Below are positions 1 through 11,600 of a stretch of 64,000 nucleotides of DNA, piece by piece; the first letter of the stretch is position 1; every line of letters begins with the position of its first letter. Made by a program: the position numbers and the translations under genes. This DNA comes from Malassezia furfur (lineage: Eukaryota), in assembly GCA_052055015.1 (NCBI GenBank), contig JBQJIT010000008.1. One strand, given 5' to 3'. The notes under the pieces were generated by a model that worked only from the letters and a program-made list of their open reading frames with translations, did not search any database and had not been told where the DNA came from.

Positions 1-117
1 CACGCCTCGCCCGCCGCCCGCGCAAGGCCCGCGCCCGCGCGGCGACTCCCGTGCGCGCGCACCTCCACTCACCGATTCGCGCCGCTGCCACATCCAGCCC
101 GGGGGGACGACGCACGG

Positions 118-3100
118 ATGCTCGGCCTCTTCGACGCAATCTGGTCGTCCGACGACTTTACGCAGGCGTTCCGCCTGAGCGTGCTGAACGGTGCGATCCC
201 CGTGCTGCTTGCGCTGGCCGTCAGCGCGACGGCACGGTGGCACCGCTACACACACCATAGCCCGGCGCCCAAGCGGCGCCGGATGTCCACCTGGCCGCTG
301 GACCCCATCCAGCAGGTGCTGCACCAGGAGAACGAGATCATCTTCCGCACGGCGTCCTGCGTGCTGGCGGATGACCCCCGCGTGCATGTGCCGCGCTCGC
401 GCAACCTCAAGAACACCATCGATCTCGCCTGTGCCACGGCGCTCGCGGTGATCCACGGCTACGGCGTCACGAGCGAGTACGACCGTTACCACTTCTACTG
501 GTTCCTGGCATGGCTGTCCGGCTCGGGCGTCGCGCTGCTTGCGTGGGAGACGCGCGAGCCGTTCTGGGCACAGAAGCTGTGCCTCAGCGCACTGTATGTC
601 GTCGTGATGCTGTGCAACCTGCGCTCCGAGATCCTGCTGCACAACAGCACGCTCGAGTACGACGACTTCGCGCAGCTCGTGCTCGGCACGGTTGTGCTCG
701 TGCTCGCGCTGTTTGTTCCGTCGCCCGCCGAGCTGCCGCCGCGCCTCGTGCGGCTCAACACCGACTTTGCGCCGCTGCCCGGCGCCGAGACGCCCGCCGA
801 GATCCCGCCGCCGCCCAACTACTATGTGTCGCCGTTCGCGCGCGCGACCTTTTCGTTCATCACGGGCTTCGTGTGGAAGCAGTACTGGGAGCCCACGACG
901 CTCAACAGTGTGCCCGAAATCCTCCCGCCGTACCGCGCGGCGTGCGTCGTCGGCCAGTCGCGGCGCAACGACGAGCACGCACACATGGCGGGCGTCGCGC
1001 GCCAGCTCGAGTCGCTGCACCGGCGCCTGTGGCGCGCGATCGGCGCGTCGGTACTCAAGCAGTGGACGCTGCAGCTCTTCCGCGTGTGCTTCCGCATGGG
1101 CCCCATTCTGTCGCTCTCGGCGCTGCTTGCGTTTGCCGAGGAGCGCGACACGGCCGAGCGCATGGGCACCACGCCGCCGCCGCTGCACATGGGCTTCCTG
1201 TGGGCGGGCCTGATCTTTGCGAGCCAGATGGCCGAGTTCCTGTGCGACGTCAACTGCCTGCAGCTCGGGCGCGCGGCGGCGACGCAGGCGCGCTCGTTGA
1301 TCATTACCGAGGTGTTTAGCAAGATCCTGCGGCGGCGCATGCACTACGAGGCACGCGTCGGCGCGCCCTCCGATGCGGAGCCGACGCACGACGCCGACGA
1401 CGGCCGCGTGATCAACCTCGTGTCGGTCGACGCGACCAAGATCGAGGCGCTGATTGCGCTGAGCCACCAGCCGCTGATCGAGTACCCGCTGACGATTGTG
1501 CTGTGCGTCACGCTGCTCTTCCACGAGCTGGGCCTCGCGGGCTTTGCCGGTATCTTGGTGATGCTGGTGGCCTCGCCGCTGCAGACGCGCCTGTCGAAGC
1601 GCATGCTCGCCGTGCAGGAGCTCATCATGCGCGCGACCGACGTGCGGCTGCGCCTCGCCAACGAGGTGCTTGCGTGCATCAAGACGGTCAAGTTCTTTGC
1701 GTGGGAAAAGCCGTTTGCCGAGCGCATGAAGGCGGCGCGCGCCGAGGAGCTGCGTGTGCTGACGATCGACAACGTGATCAGCGTGCTGAGCAGCCTGCTG
1801 TTTGTCGGCATGCCGATGCTCGTGGCGCTCACCACGTTCGGCATCTACACGCTGGTGCTCGGCGAGGCGCTCACCGCGCAAAAGGCCTTCACCGCGCTGT
1901 TCATCTTCAACGCGATGCGCATGCCGCTCGCCGACCTGCCCGAGCTGCTCGTCGTGACGCTCAACTCGTGGGTGTCGATCCAGCGCATCGACGCGTTTCT
2001 CCACTCGCCCGACACGGACAAGTACGAGCAGCAGCTGCACGCCGAAGAGACGCCCGACACGCTCGGCTTCCGCACCGCGTCGTTTACCTATGCGCCCCCC
2101 GACGCGTCGCGCGACGACGCACCGAGCGGCGCCTCCACGCCGCGCTTCCAGCTCGTCGACCTCGACTGCCAGTTCCCGCTGCACGCGCTCAGCATCGTCG
2201 TGGGGCCTGTCGGGAGCGGCAAGACGTCGCTGCTCCTCGCGCTCCTCGGCGAGCTGCGATGCACGTCGGGCGCCGTGACGATGCCGCGCGCCATGACCAC
2301 CGCAACGCTCGGCAGCACGTTTGCCGCCAACATGGCGTACTGCCCGCAGTCCCCGTGGATCTTCAACACCACGGTCCGCGAAAACATCCTGTTTGGCAAC
2401 GCGTACGACGAGCGGCGCTACCGCGACGTGCTTGAGGCGTGTGCGCTCGGGCCGGACCTCGACGTGCTCGAGTACCACGACGCGACCGAGGTCGGCGAGA
2501 AGGGCACCTCGCTCTCGGGAGGGCAAAAGGCGCGCATCGCCCTCGCGCGCGCCTTTTACTCGCACGCCTCGACGATCCTCATCGACGACGCACTGTCGGC
2601 CGTCGACGCACACACGGCGCACCACCTCGTGGAGCGGTGCCTGTGTGGCCCGCTCGCCAAGGACCGCACCGTCCTGCTTGTGACGCACGCCGGGCCCCTC
2701 GTCCAGCGCCGCGCCGCATACGCCGTGGCGATGGACGCCGGGCGCATCGTCGCACACGGCCCGCCCGCGGAGCTGCAGCGCACGGGCCACCTCGACCACG
2801 ACGCGCTGCCCGACGCGGAGCCGCCGGTGCGCGAGAGCGACCTGTACGAGGAGCAGGAGCCCGCAGACAAGCACTGGGCCGCGACGCAGCTGCGGCGCGA
2901 CCGCAAGAACGTCGAGGCACACGCGGAGCGCATCCACCGGCAGACGCAGGGCAGCCAGCTGTTCCGCGACTACCTGCGCGCGGTCGCTGCGCGCCCCAAC
3001 GTCGTTGTCGCGCTGTGGGCCGGCCTGCTTGCGCTGCACATTGGCGTGCGCAGCGCCGACGTGAGCAGCAACGCGTGGCTGCGCCACTGGGCGCAGTCGT

Positions 3101-4788
3101 ACGTCGACGACCCCGACGCCGGCGACGCAGAGACGCACACGCCGCGCTTCTACCTCGTGCGCTACGTGCTGCTCGTCGTGGTCTACGTGCTGCTGTCCGG
3201 CGCACGCGACCTGGCGCAGTTCACGCTCGCGGTGCGTGCGTCGCGCCGGCTCTACACGCAGCTCGTGACGAGCCTGCTGCGTGCGCCGCCGCGCTTCTTC
3301 GACGTGACGCCGATCGGGCGCATCATGAACCGCCTCGCCAAGGACGTGCAGACGGTCGACACGGAGATCCGCCCGTCGCTGCGCATGCTCACCGAGGCGA
3401 TCGTATCGCTCTTTGCGATCCTAGCGGTGATCTGCTGGGCCACGCCGCGGTTTTTGTACCTCGCGGGCTTTGTGCTCGCCATGTACTACGCGATCGGCGC
3501 CCTCTACCTCGCGTCGTCGCGCGACCTGAAGCGCATCGAGAGCGTGCAGCGCTCGCCGCTGTACACGCTCCTCGGCGAGACGCTCAGCGGCACCGTCACC
3601 CTGCGCGCGTACGGCGACACGGACCGCGTCGTGCGCGAGTGCATGCGCCTGCTCGACAACTCGACGCGCGCGTTCCTGTGCCTCTGTTACGAGAACCGCT
3701 GGGTGAGCGTGCGTGTCAACACGATGGGCGCGCTCGTCACCTTGATCACCGCCGTGCTGCTCCTGTACGCGCGCGCCGACGCGGCGCTGCTCGGCTTTAC
3801 GCTGTCGTACGCCGTGTGGATCGTCAACACGGTGCTGCGCATCGTCCGCCGCTACACGCTGACCGAGATCACGCTCAACTCGGTCGAGCGCATCGAGGAG
3901 TACATCCACATCCCGCCGGAGCAGCAGAGCGGCGCACAGCCCCCGGCACACTGGCCCACCGACACGGGCGGCATCGAGGTCAAGCAGCTGTGCGTGCGCT
4001 ACGCACACGAGTTCCCGCTCGCGCTCAGCAACGTGTCGCTCCGCATCGCCCCGGGCGAGAAGGTGGGCATCGTCGGGCGCACGGGCAGCGGCAAATCCAC
4101 TCTGTCGCTCGCCTTCTTCCGCTTCCTCGAGGCCGAGTCGGGCTCGATCGTGATCGACGGCGTGGACATCAGCACCATCACGCTCGAGGCGCTGCGCCGC
4201 CGCCTGACCATCATCCCGCAGGACGCACAGCTCTTCCAGGGCACGGTGCGCATGAACCTCGACCCGTTCGACACGCACGACGACGGCGACATGTGGTTTG
4301 CGCTGCAGCGCTGCCAGCTCGCGACCAGCGCCGAGGGCGCCGCACGCTTCACGCCCACGGACGACAGCGTCGTGCGCTCACTGGACGACCCCGTCGAGCA
4401 GGGCGGCGCCAACTTCAGCGCGGGCCAGCGCCAGCTCCTGGCCCTCGCGCGCGGCCTGCTCAAGATGCGCGACAGCCGCATCCTGATCCTCGACGAGAGC
4501 ACCGCGAACCTCGACTCGGACGCCGACACGCTCATCCAGCGCACCATCCGTGAGCAGATGGCACCGGGCGCCACGATCCTCACCGTCGCACACCGGCTCA
4601 AGACGATCATTGACTACGACAAGGTGCTCGTGCTCGACGAGGGCAAGGTGCTCGAGTACGACTCGCCCACCAACCTGCTCGCCGACACACACACCGAGTT
4701 CTATGCACTCTGCAAGCGCAGCGGCGAGCTCGATGCCCTCACCGAGGCCGCCCACGCCGCCCAGCGCGCACGCGACCCCCGCACGTAG
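118..4788 (+). CDS. ABCC/MRP-family ABC transporter (Ybt1/Bpt1-like), paralogue 1
   Basis: 1556-aa intronless ORF with TMD0-TMD1-NBD1-TMD2-NBD2 layout; Walker A GPVGSGKT and GRTGSGKS, signatures LSGGQ and FSAGQ, SRDLKRIESVQRSP motif typical of ABCC. Confidence 0.95.
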   Translation: MLGLFDAIWSSDDFTQAFRLSVLNGAIPVLLALAVSATARWHRYTHHSPAPKRRRMSTWPLDPIQQVLHQENEIIFRTASCVLADDPRVHVPRSRNLKNTIDLACATALAVIHGYGVTSEYDRYHFYWFLAWLSGSGVALLAWETREPFWAQKLCLSALYVVVMLCNLRSEILLHNSTLEYDDFAQLVLGTVVLVLALFVPSPAELPPRLVRLNTDFAPLPGAETPAEIPPPPNYYVSPFARATFSFITGFVWKQYWEPTTLNSVPEILPPYRAACVVGQSRRNDEHAHMAGVARQLESLHRRLWRAIGASVLKQWTLQLFRVCFRMGPILSLSALLAFAEERDTAERMGTTPPPLHMGFLWAGLIFASQMAEFLCDVNCLQLGRAAATQARSLIITEVFSKILRRRMHYEARVGAPSDAEPTHDADDGRVINLVSVDATKIEALIALSHQPLIEYPLTIVLCVTLLFHELGLAGFAGILVMLVASPLQTRLSKRMLAVQELIMRATDVRLRLANEVLACIKTVKFFAWEKPFAERMKAARAEELRVLTIDNVISVLSSLLFVGMPMLVALTTFGIYTLVLGEALTAQKAFTALFIFNAMRMPLADLPELLVVTLNSWVSIQRIDAFLHSPDTDKYEQQLHAEETPDTLGFRTASFTYAPPDASRDDAPSGASTPRFQLVDLDCQFPLHALSIVVGPVGSGKTSLLLALLGELRCTSGAVTMPRAMTTATLGSTFAANMAYCPQSPWIFNTTVRENILFGNAYDERRYRDVLEACALGPDLDVLEYHDATEVGEKGTSLSGGQKARIALARAFYSHASTILIDDALSAVDAHTAHHLVERCLCGPLAKDRTVLLVTHAGPLVQRRAAYAVAMDAGRIVAHGPPAELQRTGHLDHDALPDAEPPVRESDLYEEQEPADKHWAATQLRRDRKNVEAHAERIHRQTQGSQLFRDYLRAVAARPNVVVALWAGLLALHIGVRSADVSSNAWLRHWAQSYVDDPDAGDAETHTPRFYLVRYVLLVVVYVLLSGARDLAQFTLAVRASRRLYTQLVTSLLRAPPRFFDVTPIGRIMNRLAKDVQTVDTEIRPSLRMLTEAIVSLFAILAVICWATPRFLYLAGFVLAMYYAIGALYLASSRDLKRIESVQRSPLYTLLGETLSGTVTLRAYGDTDRVVRECMRLLDNSTRAFLCLCYENRWVSVRVNTMGALVTLITAVLLLYARADAALLGFTLSYAVWIVNTVLRIVRRYTLTEITLNSVERIEEYIHIPPEQQSGAQPPAHWPTDTGGIEVKQLCVRYAHEFPLALSNVSLRIAPGEKVGIVGRTGSGKSTLSLAFFRFLEAESGSIVIDGVDISTITLEALRRRLTIIPQDAQLFQGTVRMNLDPFDTHDDGDMWFALQRCQLATSAEGAARFTPTDDSVVRSLDDPVEQGGANFSAGQRQLLALARGLLKMRDSRILILDESTANLDSDADTLIQRTIREQMAPGATILTVAHRLKTIIDYDKVLVLDEGKVLEYDSPTNLLADTHTEFYALCKRSGELDALTEAAHAAQRARDPRT

Positions 4789-4843
4789 CACCCCGCAGTT
4801 GGCCCCCGCTCCCCTCCACACCGACACGCGCGGGCCTCGCAGC

Positions 4844-5651
4844 ATGTCGCGCCCGTTCTGCCGCCCGGTGTTCCAGACGCCGCCCGACTTCCACGGACGC
4901 ACGCTCGTGCTCCCAGTGATCAGCGTCGGCTCCGTGCCGCAGCTCGCGGTCGACCTGCTCATCCACGCGCCCGAGCTGCAGTGCGCACGCGTCGCGACCC
5001 TCGACGGCGCCGAATGTGTCCCGTTTGTCGCGCCGTCTGAGGACGGCTCAGCGACCGCCGCCGTGTACACGGCGCTCGACGGTAGGTGTATGTGCGCTCA
5101 ACCCCAGTGTACCAGGCGCCCGGCTCGGGCCTCGTGATCGTGCAGCAGCGCAGCCCCGTGCTCAAGGTAGGCGGCACGCGCACTGACCCAGTCCCACAAG
5201 ACCCACTTTGCCCAGCGGCTCAAGGCGTGGATCGAGGAGGCCGGCTTCGCCGAGGTGCTCATCATCGCATCGATGGATGCCGCCTTCCGCACGGACGCCG
5301 AGATGCAGTACGTCGCTGCACACCTCACACAGCACCGCCCAATGGAAGCTGTGCCCGCCAAAGGCCACCGACACGCCGCTCGCGGCCGCAGCCGCGCACC
5401 TGCCGACGTTTGGCGACACGCCGCTTCCGCCCATCCCGGGCGGCGGGATGACCCGCACGTACCTCGAGCACGCGCCGCCCACCACGCTCGCCCTGCTCCA
5501 ATTCTCTGCCGAGGGCGACAACCGCGGCGATGCGTATGCGCTCGCGGCAGAGGCCGCGCGCCTGTGCCGCGTTCCCGTAGAGACGTGGCACGAGCCAGAC
5601 AGCTGGCGCACGCTGTTTGGGCCTGCTCCCGATCAGCAGCTCTATGGCTAG
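4844..5651 (+). CDS. PSMG2: Proteasome assembly chaperone 2 (PAC2 family), 4 exons
   Basis: ATG 4844; introns 5082-5107 (26 nt), 5167-5191 (25 nt), 5308-5332 (25 nt) join GRTLVLPVISVGSVPQLAVDLL / VQQRSPVLK / FSAEGDNRGDA / WHEPDSWRTLFG, which are PAC2 motifs. Confidence 0.88.
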
Positions 5652-8566
5652 ACTAAAACACTTTCCGCCAGGCCCGTCGTCGGCAGCCGCGCGTGCCCAG
5701 TGCGCTCGAGCCACGCGTGCGTCCGCGCAGCGAGGTCCACCGTATCGGGCGGCATGTCGGCGAGGCGCGCCACGTCCAGGCCATGCGACGCGCGGTTGAC
5801 CCCGGGTCGCACTTGATGCGCGTAACGCAGCCCGCCGTCGTCGAGCCGCTCGAGTGTCGTGCAAAAGAAGGCGACGCGCGCCGCCAGCGCCTGTGCCGCC
5901 TCCGTGCGCGCCGCGCGCGCACGCTCGAGAAGGTCAGCCAGCTCGTAGTAGTGTGTCGCAAACAGCGTGCGGCACGCGATGCGTGTCGCAAGCGTGTGCA
6001 GCGTCGCAAACGCAATGGACAGACCCACCGCCGTGTTGGTACCGCGCCCAATTTCGTCTGCAATCACAAAACTGCGCGGCGTCGCGCGGCGCAGAATCTC
6101 GGCCGTCTCGGACATCTCGACCATGAACGTGCTCCGGCTGTGGAACAGGTCGTCCTTGGCACCCACGCGCGAAAAGATGCGATCCACCACACCAATGTGC
6201 GCAGCGTCAGCGGGGACAAAGCACCCGGCCTGTGCAAGCACCGCAAGGAGCGCATTCTGACGCAGAAACGTCGATTTGCCGCCCATGTTGGGGCCGGTGA
6301 TGAGGTGCATGCATGCCATATCGCCCAGGGCCAGGTCGTTCTTCGTAAAGAGCCGCTCGCGTTGCAGCAGACCCATCTCGACCGCCAAGTGCCGCCCACC
6401 ACGAATGTCAAGGGTGCAGCTGTCGTCGACGGTCGGCCGCGTGAGGTGCAGCTCCTCGGCCGCCTGCGCAAAGCTCTGCAGCACATCGAGCTGGTCCACC
6501 AGCCGCGCATTCCGCCGGATCATCGCCGCGTCCCGCAGCACATCCTGACGCAGCATCTCGAGGCTCTGCGACTCGCGCTCGGTGAGCCGTGCTGCGAGTT
6601 TTTGAAGCTTGGTCCCAATCTTGGTCCATGCCGTGTGGTAGTACGTGCGTGTCGTTTTGGTCTTGTACGCAAGTGTCAGGCTGTCGTGTGCAATCCCATT
6701 GGTACTGGGAACGTGCACAACATGGCCCTGGCCCAGCAGGAACCGTAACGTGAGCGGCTCTTGAAACTCGGCACGCAGCTCATTCTCCAGCACACGCGCC
6801 CTGCGCCGCAGTGCGTCGTATTCGTCCGTCAATGCGCGCAGCACCGGTGACGCATCGGGGCGGATCAAATGCTCAAATGCCTCGCCCCAGTGCGGCTCCT
6901 CGAGCTCAAGCGACACCGTACTTTTTTTGCGCGGTGCGCGTTTCGTGGGCGCCGCCGCGTCCTTGGGCACAGGACCGCCGCCCCACGCGGCGTCGTTGGC
7001 TTCCATCAGTGCCTCCTGCCGCTGGATCCGCTTCTCGATCACGCGCTCGTCGATTGCATCGCCCAGCCGCTCGCCGAGCTCGTGCAGCGAGCGAAACTTG
7101 CTGAGCATTTCGCGCAGCTCGGCCCATCCGGGGCCATCCGCGCGCGTCTCATCCATCGCTGTGTAGAAGCGGTGCACAATTGCATCGGTCGTGCGCACAA
7201 AGTCGCGCACCTCGAGCAAGTCCTGCTCGTCGTTGCGGCGCAGACTGATGCGCTGCAGCGTGCGTAGAATATCGCCGATGCCCGTGCGCAGCAGCATACG
7301 CAGGTCCTTGCGCAGGAACGCATTGCGGAGCAGCAGCTCAACCAGTGCATGTCGTGCGCGGATCAGCGGCACCGATGTGCTCGGCTGCGTAATCCACTGC
7401 GTGAGCAGCCGCGCGCCGCCCTGGGTCGTAGAGCGGCGCAGAATGCTGATGAGGCTCCCACGCACGCTTCCGTCGCGGGCCATCTCGCGGATCTCGAGTG
7501 CACCCAGCGTCTGTGCGTCAAGGTGCATGACCTGCTCAGTCGGCGCGCGCGCCTCGGTGGTATCGATGCCCAGGCCATGCATATGGTCCATCAGGCGCGT
7601 CTGGAGGTAAACGGTAAGCACGGCAATCGCCTCACGCTCTGCATCTGTGTGAAGTTCGGGCGTGTATTGTAACGCATCGCGCTGCTCATGCTCACTTGGG
7701 GGTCGTACCGTCGCGACCGAGGCATTGGTCGTGTCGAGCGCCTCGTATAGGAGCGCGTCGTCATTTTGAGTCCCCGCATCGGTCCGGCGGAAGGCATCTT
7801 CCACAAACACCACTTCGCGAGGCTGGATGCGCACGATTTCGTCACGTAGCGTGCGGGCGTCGGTGCATGTACTCGTCTGGAAGTCGGACGTACTGACGTC
7901 GAGCCACGCAAGCCCAAACGTATGCGGCGACGTGCGCGAGATGCTCAGGATAAAGTTGTTGCTAAACGCGTCCAAGAAACGCTCGTCAATTAGCGTGCCA
8001 GGCGATACCACACGCGACACGCGGCGTTGGAATGTGTCGCCCTCCTTGAACTCCTCGCAGATCGCGACGAGGCGCCCTTTTTCTTGGACAAGCACTTTGA
8101 GGTACTTGTCCAGCTGGAACAGCGGAAATCCAGCCATGGGTATCGACTGTCCGGCCCACTTGCGTGACGCGAGCTTGATGCCGACGTCGGCTGCGAGCTG
8201 TGGGGCCTGGTCAAAGTAGGACTGCGTGAGTAGGTCCGATGCTGTGAGACGCACCTCGTAGAAACCACCGACGCGTGTCAGCAAGAGGCACGATGGAAAT
8301 TTTTGCATGTTGTCCCGCACGCATTGTGCGAGCGGCGGCCATTCGGGCTCGGGCGCCGTCGAGGTGGCTGCGACGCGAGGCAGTGCTGCATTCTCTGGAT
8401 GCGGTCCCACGCTGTCCGGCAGGTCGTGCAGCGTAAACGACTCGGTCCGTGGCGCATAGCGACACATCCCGGTCGTGATCATGCGCATCGCTGTGCGCAT
8501 GCGCACCGGCCGCGCCGCTGCAGCGCTGCGCTCCACCGCGAACCGCGCGCCTTCGCGAAGCACCAT
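5648..8566 (-). CDS. MSH1: Mitochondrial MutS homologue
   Basis: MutS I motif LTRVGGFYE|SYFDQA after removing in-frame intron 8222-8254; ATPase motifs ITGPNMGGKSTFLRQ, STFMVEM, DEIGRGT, TLFATHY; Arg/Ala-rich N-terminus resembles a mitochondrial presequence. ATG 8566 is inferred. Confidence 0.9.
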   Translation of the reverse strand: MVLREGARFAVERSAAAARPVRMRTAMRMITTGMCRYAPRTESFTLHDLPDSVGPHPENAALPRVAATSTAPEPEWPPLAQCVRDNMQKFPSCLLLTRVGGFYEVRLTASDLLTQSYFDQAPQLAADVGIKLASRKWAGQSIPMAGFPLFQLDKYLKVLVQEKGRLVAICEEFKEGDTFQRRVSRVVSPGTLIDERFLDAFSNNFILSISRTSPHTFGLAWLDVSTSDFQTSTCTDARTLRDEIVRIQPREVVFVEDAFRRTDAGTQNDDALLYEALDTTNASVATVRPPSEHEQRDALQYTPELHTDAEREAIAVLTVYLQTRLMDHMHGLGIDTTEARAPTEQVMHLDAQTLGALEIREMARDGSVRGSLISILRRSTTQGGARLLTQWITQPSTSVPLIRARHALVELLLRNAFLRKDLRMLLRTGIGDILRTLQRISLRRNDEQDLLEVRDFVRTTDAIVHRFYTAMDETRADGPGWAELREMLSKFRSLHELGERLGDAIDERVIEKRIQRQEALMEANDAAWGGGPVPKDAAAPTKRAPRKKSTVSLELEEPHWGEAFEHLIRPDASPVLRALTDEYDALRRRARVLENELRAEFQEPLTLRFLLGQGHVVHVPSTNGIAHDSLTLAYKTKTTRTYYHTAWTKIGTKLQKLAARLTERESQSLEMLRQDVLRDAAMIRRNARLVDQLDVLQSFAQAAEELHLTRPTVDDSCTLDIRGGRHLAVEMGLLQRERLFTKNDLALGDMACMHLITGPNMGGKSTFLRQNALLAVLAQAGCFVPADAAHIGVVDRIFSRVGAKDDLFHSRSTFMVEMSETAEILRRATPRSFVIADEIGRGTNTAVGLSIAFATLHTLATRIACRTLFATHYYELADLLERARAARTEAAQALAARVAFFCTTLERLDDGGLRYAHQVRPGVNRASHGLDVARLADMPPDTVDLAARTHAWLERTGHARLPTTGLAESVLV

Positions 8567-8645
8567 GCACGCGTGTGGAGGTGAGCTGACTAACGCAGAA
8601 AATGCAGCGCGCGCGTGGCTGGAGTGAGTCTTAATCGGCAACGAT

Positions 8646-11600
8646 ATGAGTACAGCGGATGCGGCGTATGCTGCGCTGAGCCGGCCGTGCTGGCTCGATC
8701 CGTTCGGCTCGCTGGACTGGACACCGTGTTTCCGTGCAGTGGTGCTGAACGGTGCTTTGCCTTATGCCGTTCTGGCATGCTCGGTGGTTGCGTGGGTGTC
8801 GGCCGTCGTCGTAGATAAGAACAAGCGGCGTGAGCAATTTGCGCGCGAGGTCGCCCAACTCAACCCTGAGTCGTCCAACTTTTACCAGACGTTCCCCGAG
8901 TCATCGGAGACGACGCCGCTTGCGCCGCAGCCCACGACCGCGGCGGAGCGCGTGTTCCAGACGGAAAATGCGGTGGTGATTGACGCAGCGCTCTCGATCA
9001 AGGAGGACCTCACGAGTCGCGCCACGGCCGAGCGCATCGAGCAGCAGCACCGTACGAAGCGCGTGCTTGAGTCGTTCGGCTCGCTGCTCCTCACCCTCAC
9101 GCACGTCCTCGGCATTGCGCTGCACGTCGAGGACGAGTCGACGTGGCTGCTGTACTGGGCGTACACGACGGCACTCGCCGTGTACGCCATGTGGACGCAG
9201 CGTTCATTCTTTGTACAAAAAACGGTGATCTCGACCGTGTACCTGATTGTGAGCGTGTCGAACCTGCGCACGATGCTGCTGCTCGGTGTGCCGCGCAACC
9301 AATGGGTGCTCGCCGTCGTGCAGACGGTGCTGGCGTTTGGGATGACCGCGCTGAGCTACCTGTCGCCGCTGACGCAGCGGCCTCCCGGCAAGCTGAGCGC
9401 GCTGTACGAGACGATGCGCAAGCGCACGCTGTATGACGAGATGCGCACGGCGATGCCGACGCCACCGAGGCTGGCATCGGACGAGATTGCGCCGAGCTAT
9501 TCGAGCCATGACGACCCGCTGCCACCCCCGGAGCAACATGCGTCGCTGCTGAGCCGTGCTTTGTTTACGTTTGTGCAACCGGCGATCATCAAGTATTTCT
9601 CGCAACCGATCAAGCTGGCTGATGTGCCGCAGGTGTTGCTCGGCGACCGCGCGGCGGCAGTCGTCTCGCTCTTCCGTACGAGCGAGAAGCCGGACGCAAG
9701 GAACCGCGCGGCGCTGTGGGTGCGGCTCGTCAAGTTCTTCCTGCCGCTGTTCGCGTACCAGAGCTTCTGCTCGCTGATCTCGACGATTCTCACGATTGTG
9801 CCCGTCTTTTTCCTGTCGCGCCTGCTGAGCTTCTTCTCGCAGCTGGCCGAGGACGGTGATGTGCCGCTGCACATGGGTGTGCTGTTTGCGCTCGGCATGT
9901 TTACGAGCCAGACGCTGCACTCGGTGTTCATGTCGCAGGCGCTTATGACTGGCCGCCACGTGTGTGTGCAGCTGCGTGCACTGCTCACGTTTGAGATCCT
10001 GAGCAAGACGATGCGGCGGAGCATGAGCTTCAAGGCGCCCGGCGACGCACCCGCCGAGAGCGAGGAGTCCGCTGCCCCTACCGAGGACGGCGCGGCAAAC
10101 AAGTCGGGCCCCGCGACCGACGGCCAGGTGACGAACCTGGTGTCGGTCGATGTGAACCGTGTGAGTGAGTTTGCCGCGTACACGCACTTTATTGTGCCCG
10201 AGCAGCCGCTGTCGGTCGTGCTGAGCATCGCGTACCTGGTGATGCTGCTCGGCCGCTCGGCGGTGGTCGGCCTGTTCCTGCTGGTCATCGGCATGCCGCT
10301 GCAGGCGTGGATTACGCGGGTGCTGGTGCACGTGCAGGAGCGCATGCTGCACGCGACCGACGAGCGCATGAACCTGGCGACCGAGGTGCTTGCGTGCATC
10401 AAGACGGTCAAGTTCTTTGCCTGGGAGAAGCCGTTTGAGGCACGCATGGAGCAGACGCGTACGAACGAGCTGCGTCTGCTGCGCCTCAACTTCTTCTTCT
10501 CGATCCTGAACCACCTGACGTTTATCGGCATCCCGATGCTCGTCACGATGGCCACGTTTGGCGCGCACACGCTCGTCTTCCACCAGCCGCTCACGGCCGA
10601 GACGGCGTTCACGGCGCTGGCGCTCTTCAACACGCTGCGCCGCCCGCTCGCCGACTTGCCCGGCATGATCCACTGGCTGCTGAATGCGGTGGTGTCGGTG
10701 CGCCGTATCGACCACTACCTCCAGGAGCCCGACACGGAGAAGTACGAGCAGCTGCTCGCCAACGTCTCCGAGGACGCTGCGTACAACCCGCCCGTACACA
10801 CCAAGATCGGGTTCGTGCATGCCTCCTTCACCTACGGCGATGAAGGCTTTGTGCTCGACGACCTCGACTGCCTGTTCCCGGTCGGCGAGATCAGCTGCGT
10901 GATTGGGCCCGTGGGCGCGGGCAAGTCATCGCTGCTGCTCGCGCTGATGGGCGAGCTGCACCGCGTGCGCGGCACGACGCGGATGCCGTGTCCGCTCGCG
11001 CGCCTGTTGCTCGAGCCGGACCCGCAGACGGGGCTGATCGAGTCCGTGGCGTACTGCTCGCAGAGCGCGTGGCTCCTCGGCAACACCGTGCGCCAAAACA
11101 TCCTGTTTGGCAGCGCGTACGACGAGCAGCGCTACCGCGAGGTGCTCAAGGCGTGTGCGCTCGAGACCGACCTGGACATCCTCGAGTACCACGACGAGAC
11201 CGAGGTCGGCGAGAAGGGCACCTCGCTCTCAGGCGGGCAGAAGGCGCGCATTGCGCTCGCACGCGCGTTCTACTCGCGCGCCAAACACATCCTCATCGAC
11301 GACGCGCTGTCGGCCGTCGATGCGCACACGGCGCGCCACCTGGTCGAGCGCTGCTTCCGTGGGCCGCTCGCCAAGGGGCGCACCATCATCCTTGTGACGC
11401 ACGCGGTGACGCTCATGCTCCCCTGCTCGTCCTTTGCGATCGTCATGGACGGCGGGCGGATCACGGCGCAGGGCAAGCCCGCGACGCTGCTGGCGCAGGG
11501 CAAGATCCGCGAGGCCACTTCGGCGCAGGCATCCGCCGAAGAGACCGAAGAGACGCACAAGGACGAGGCGCTCGCCAAGGTGCGCTGGGAAAAGGCCGAG

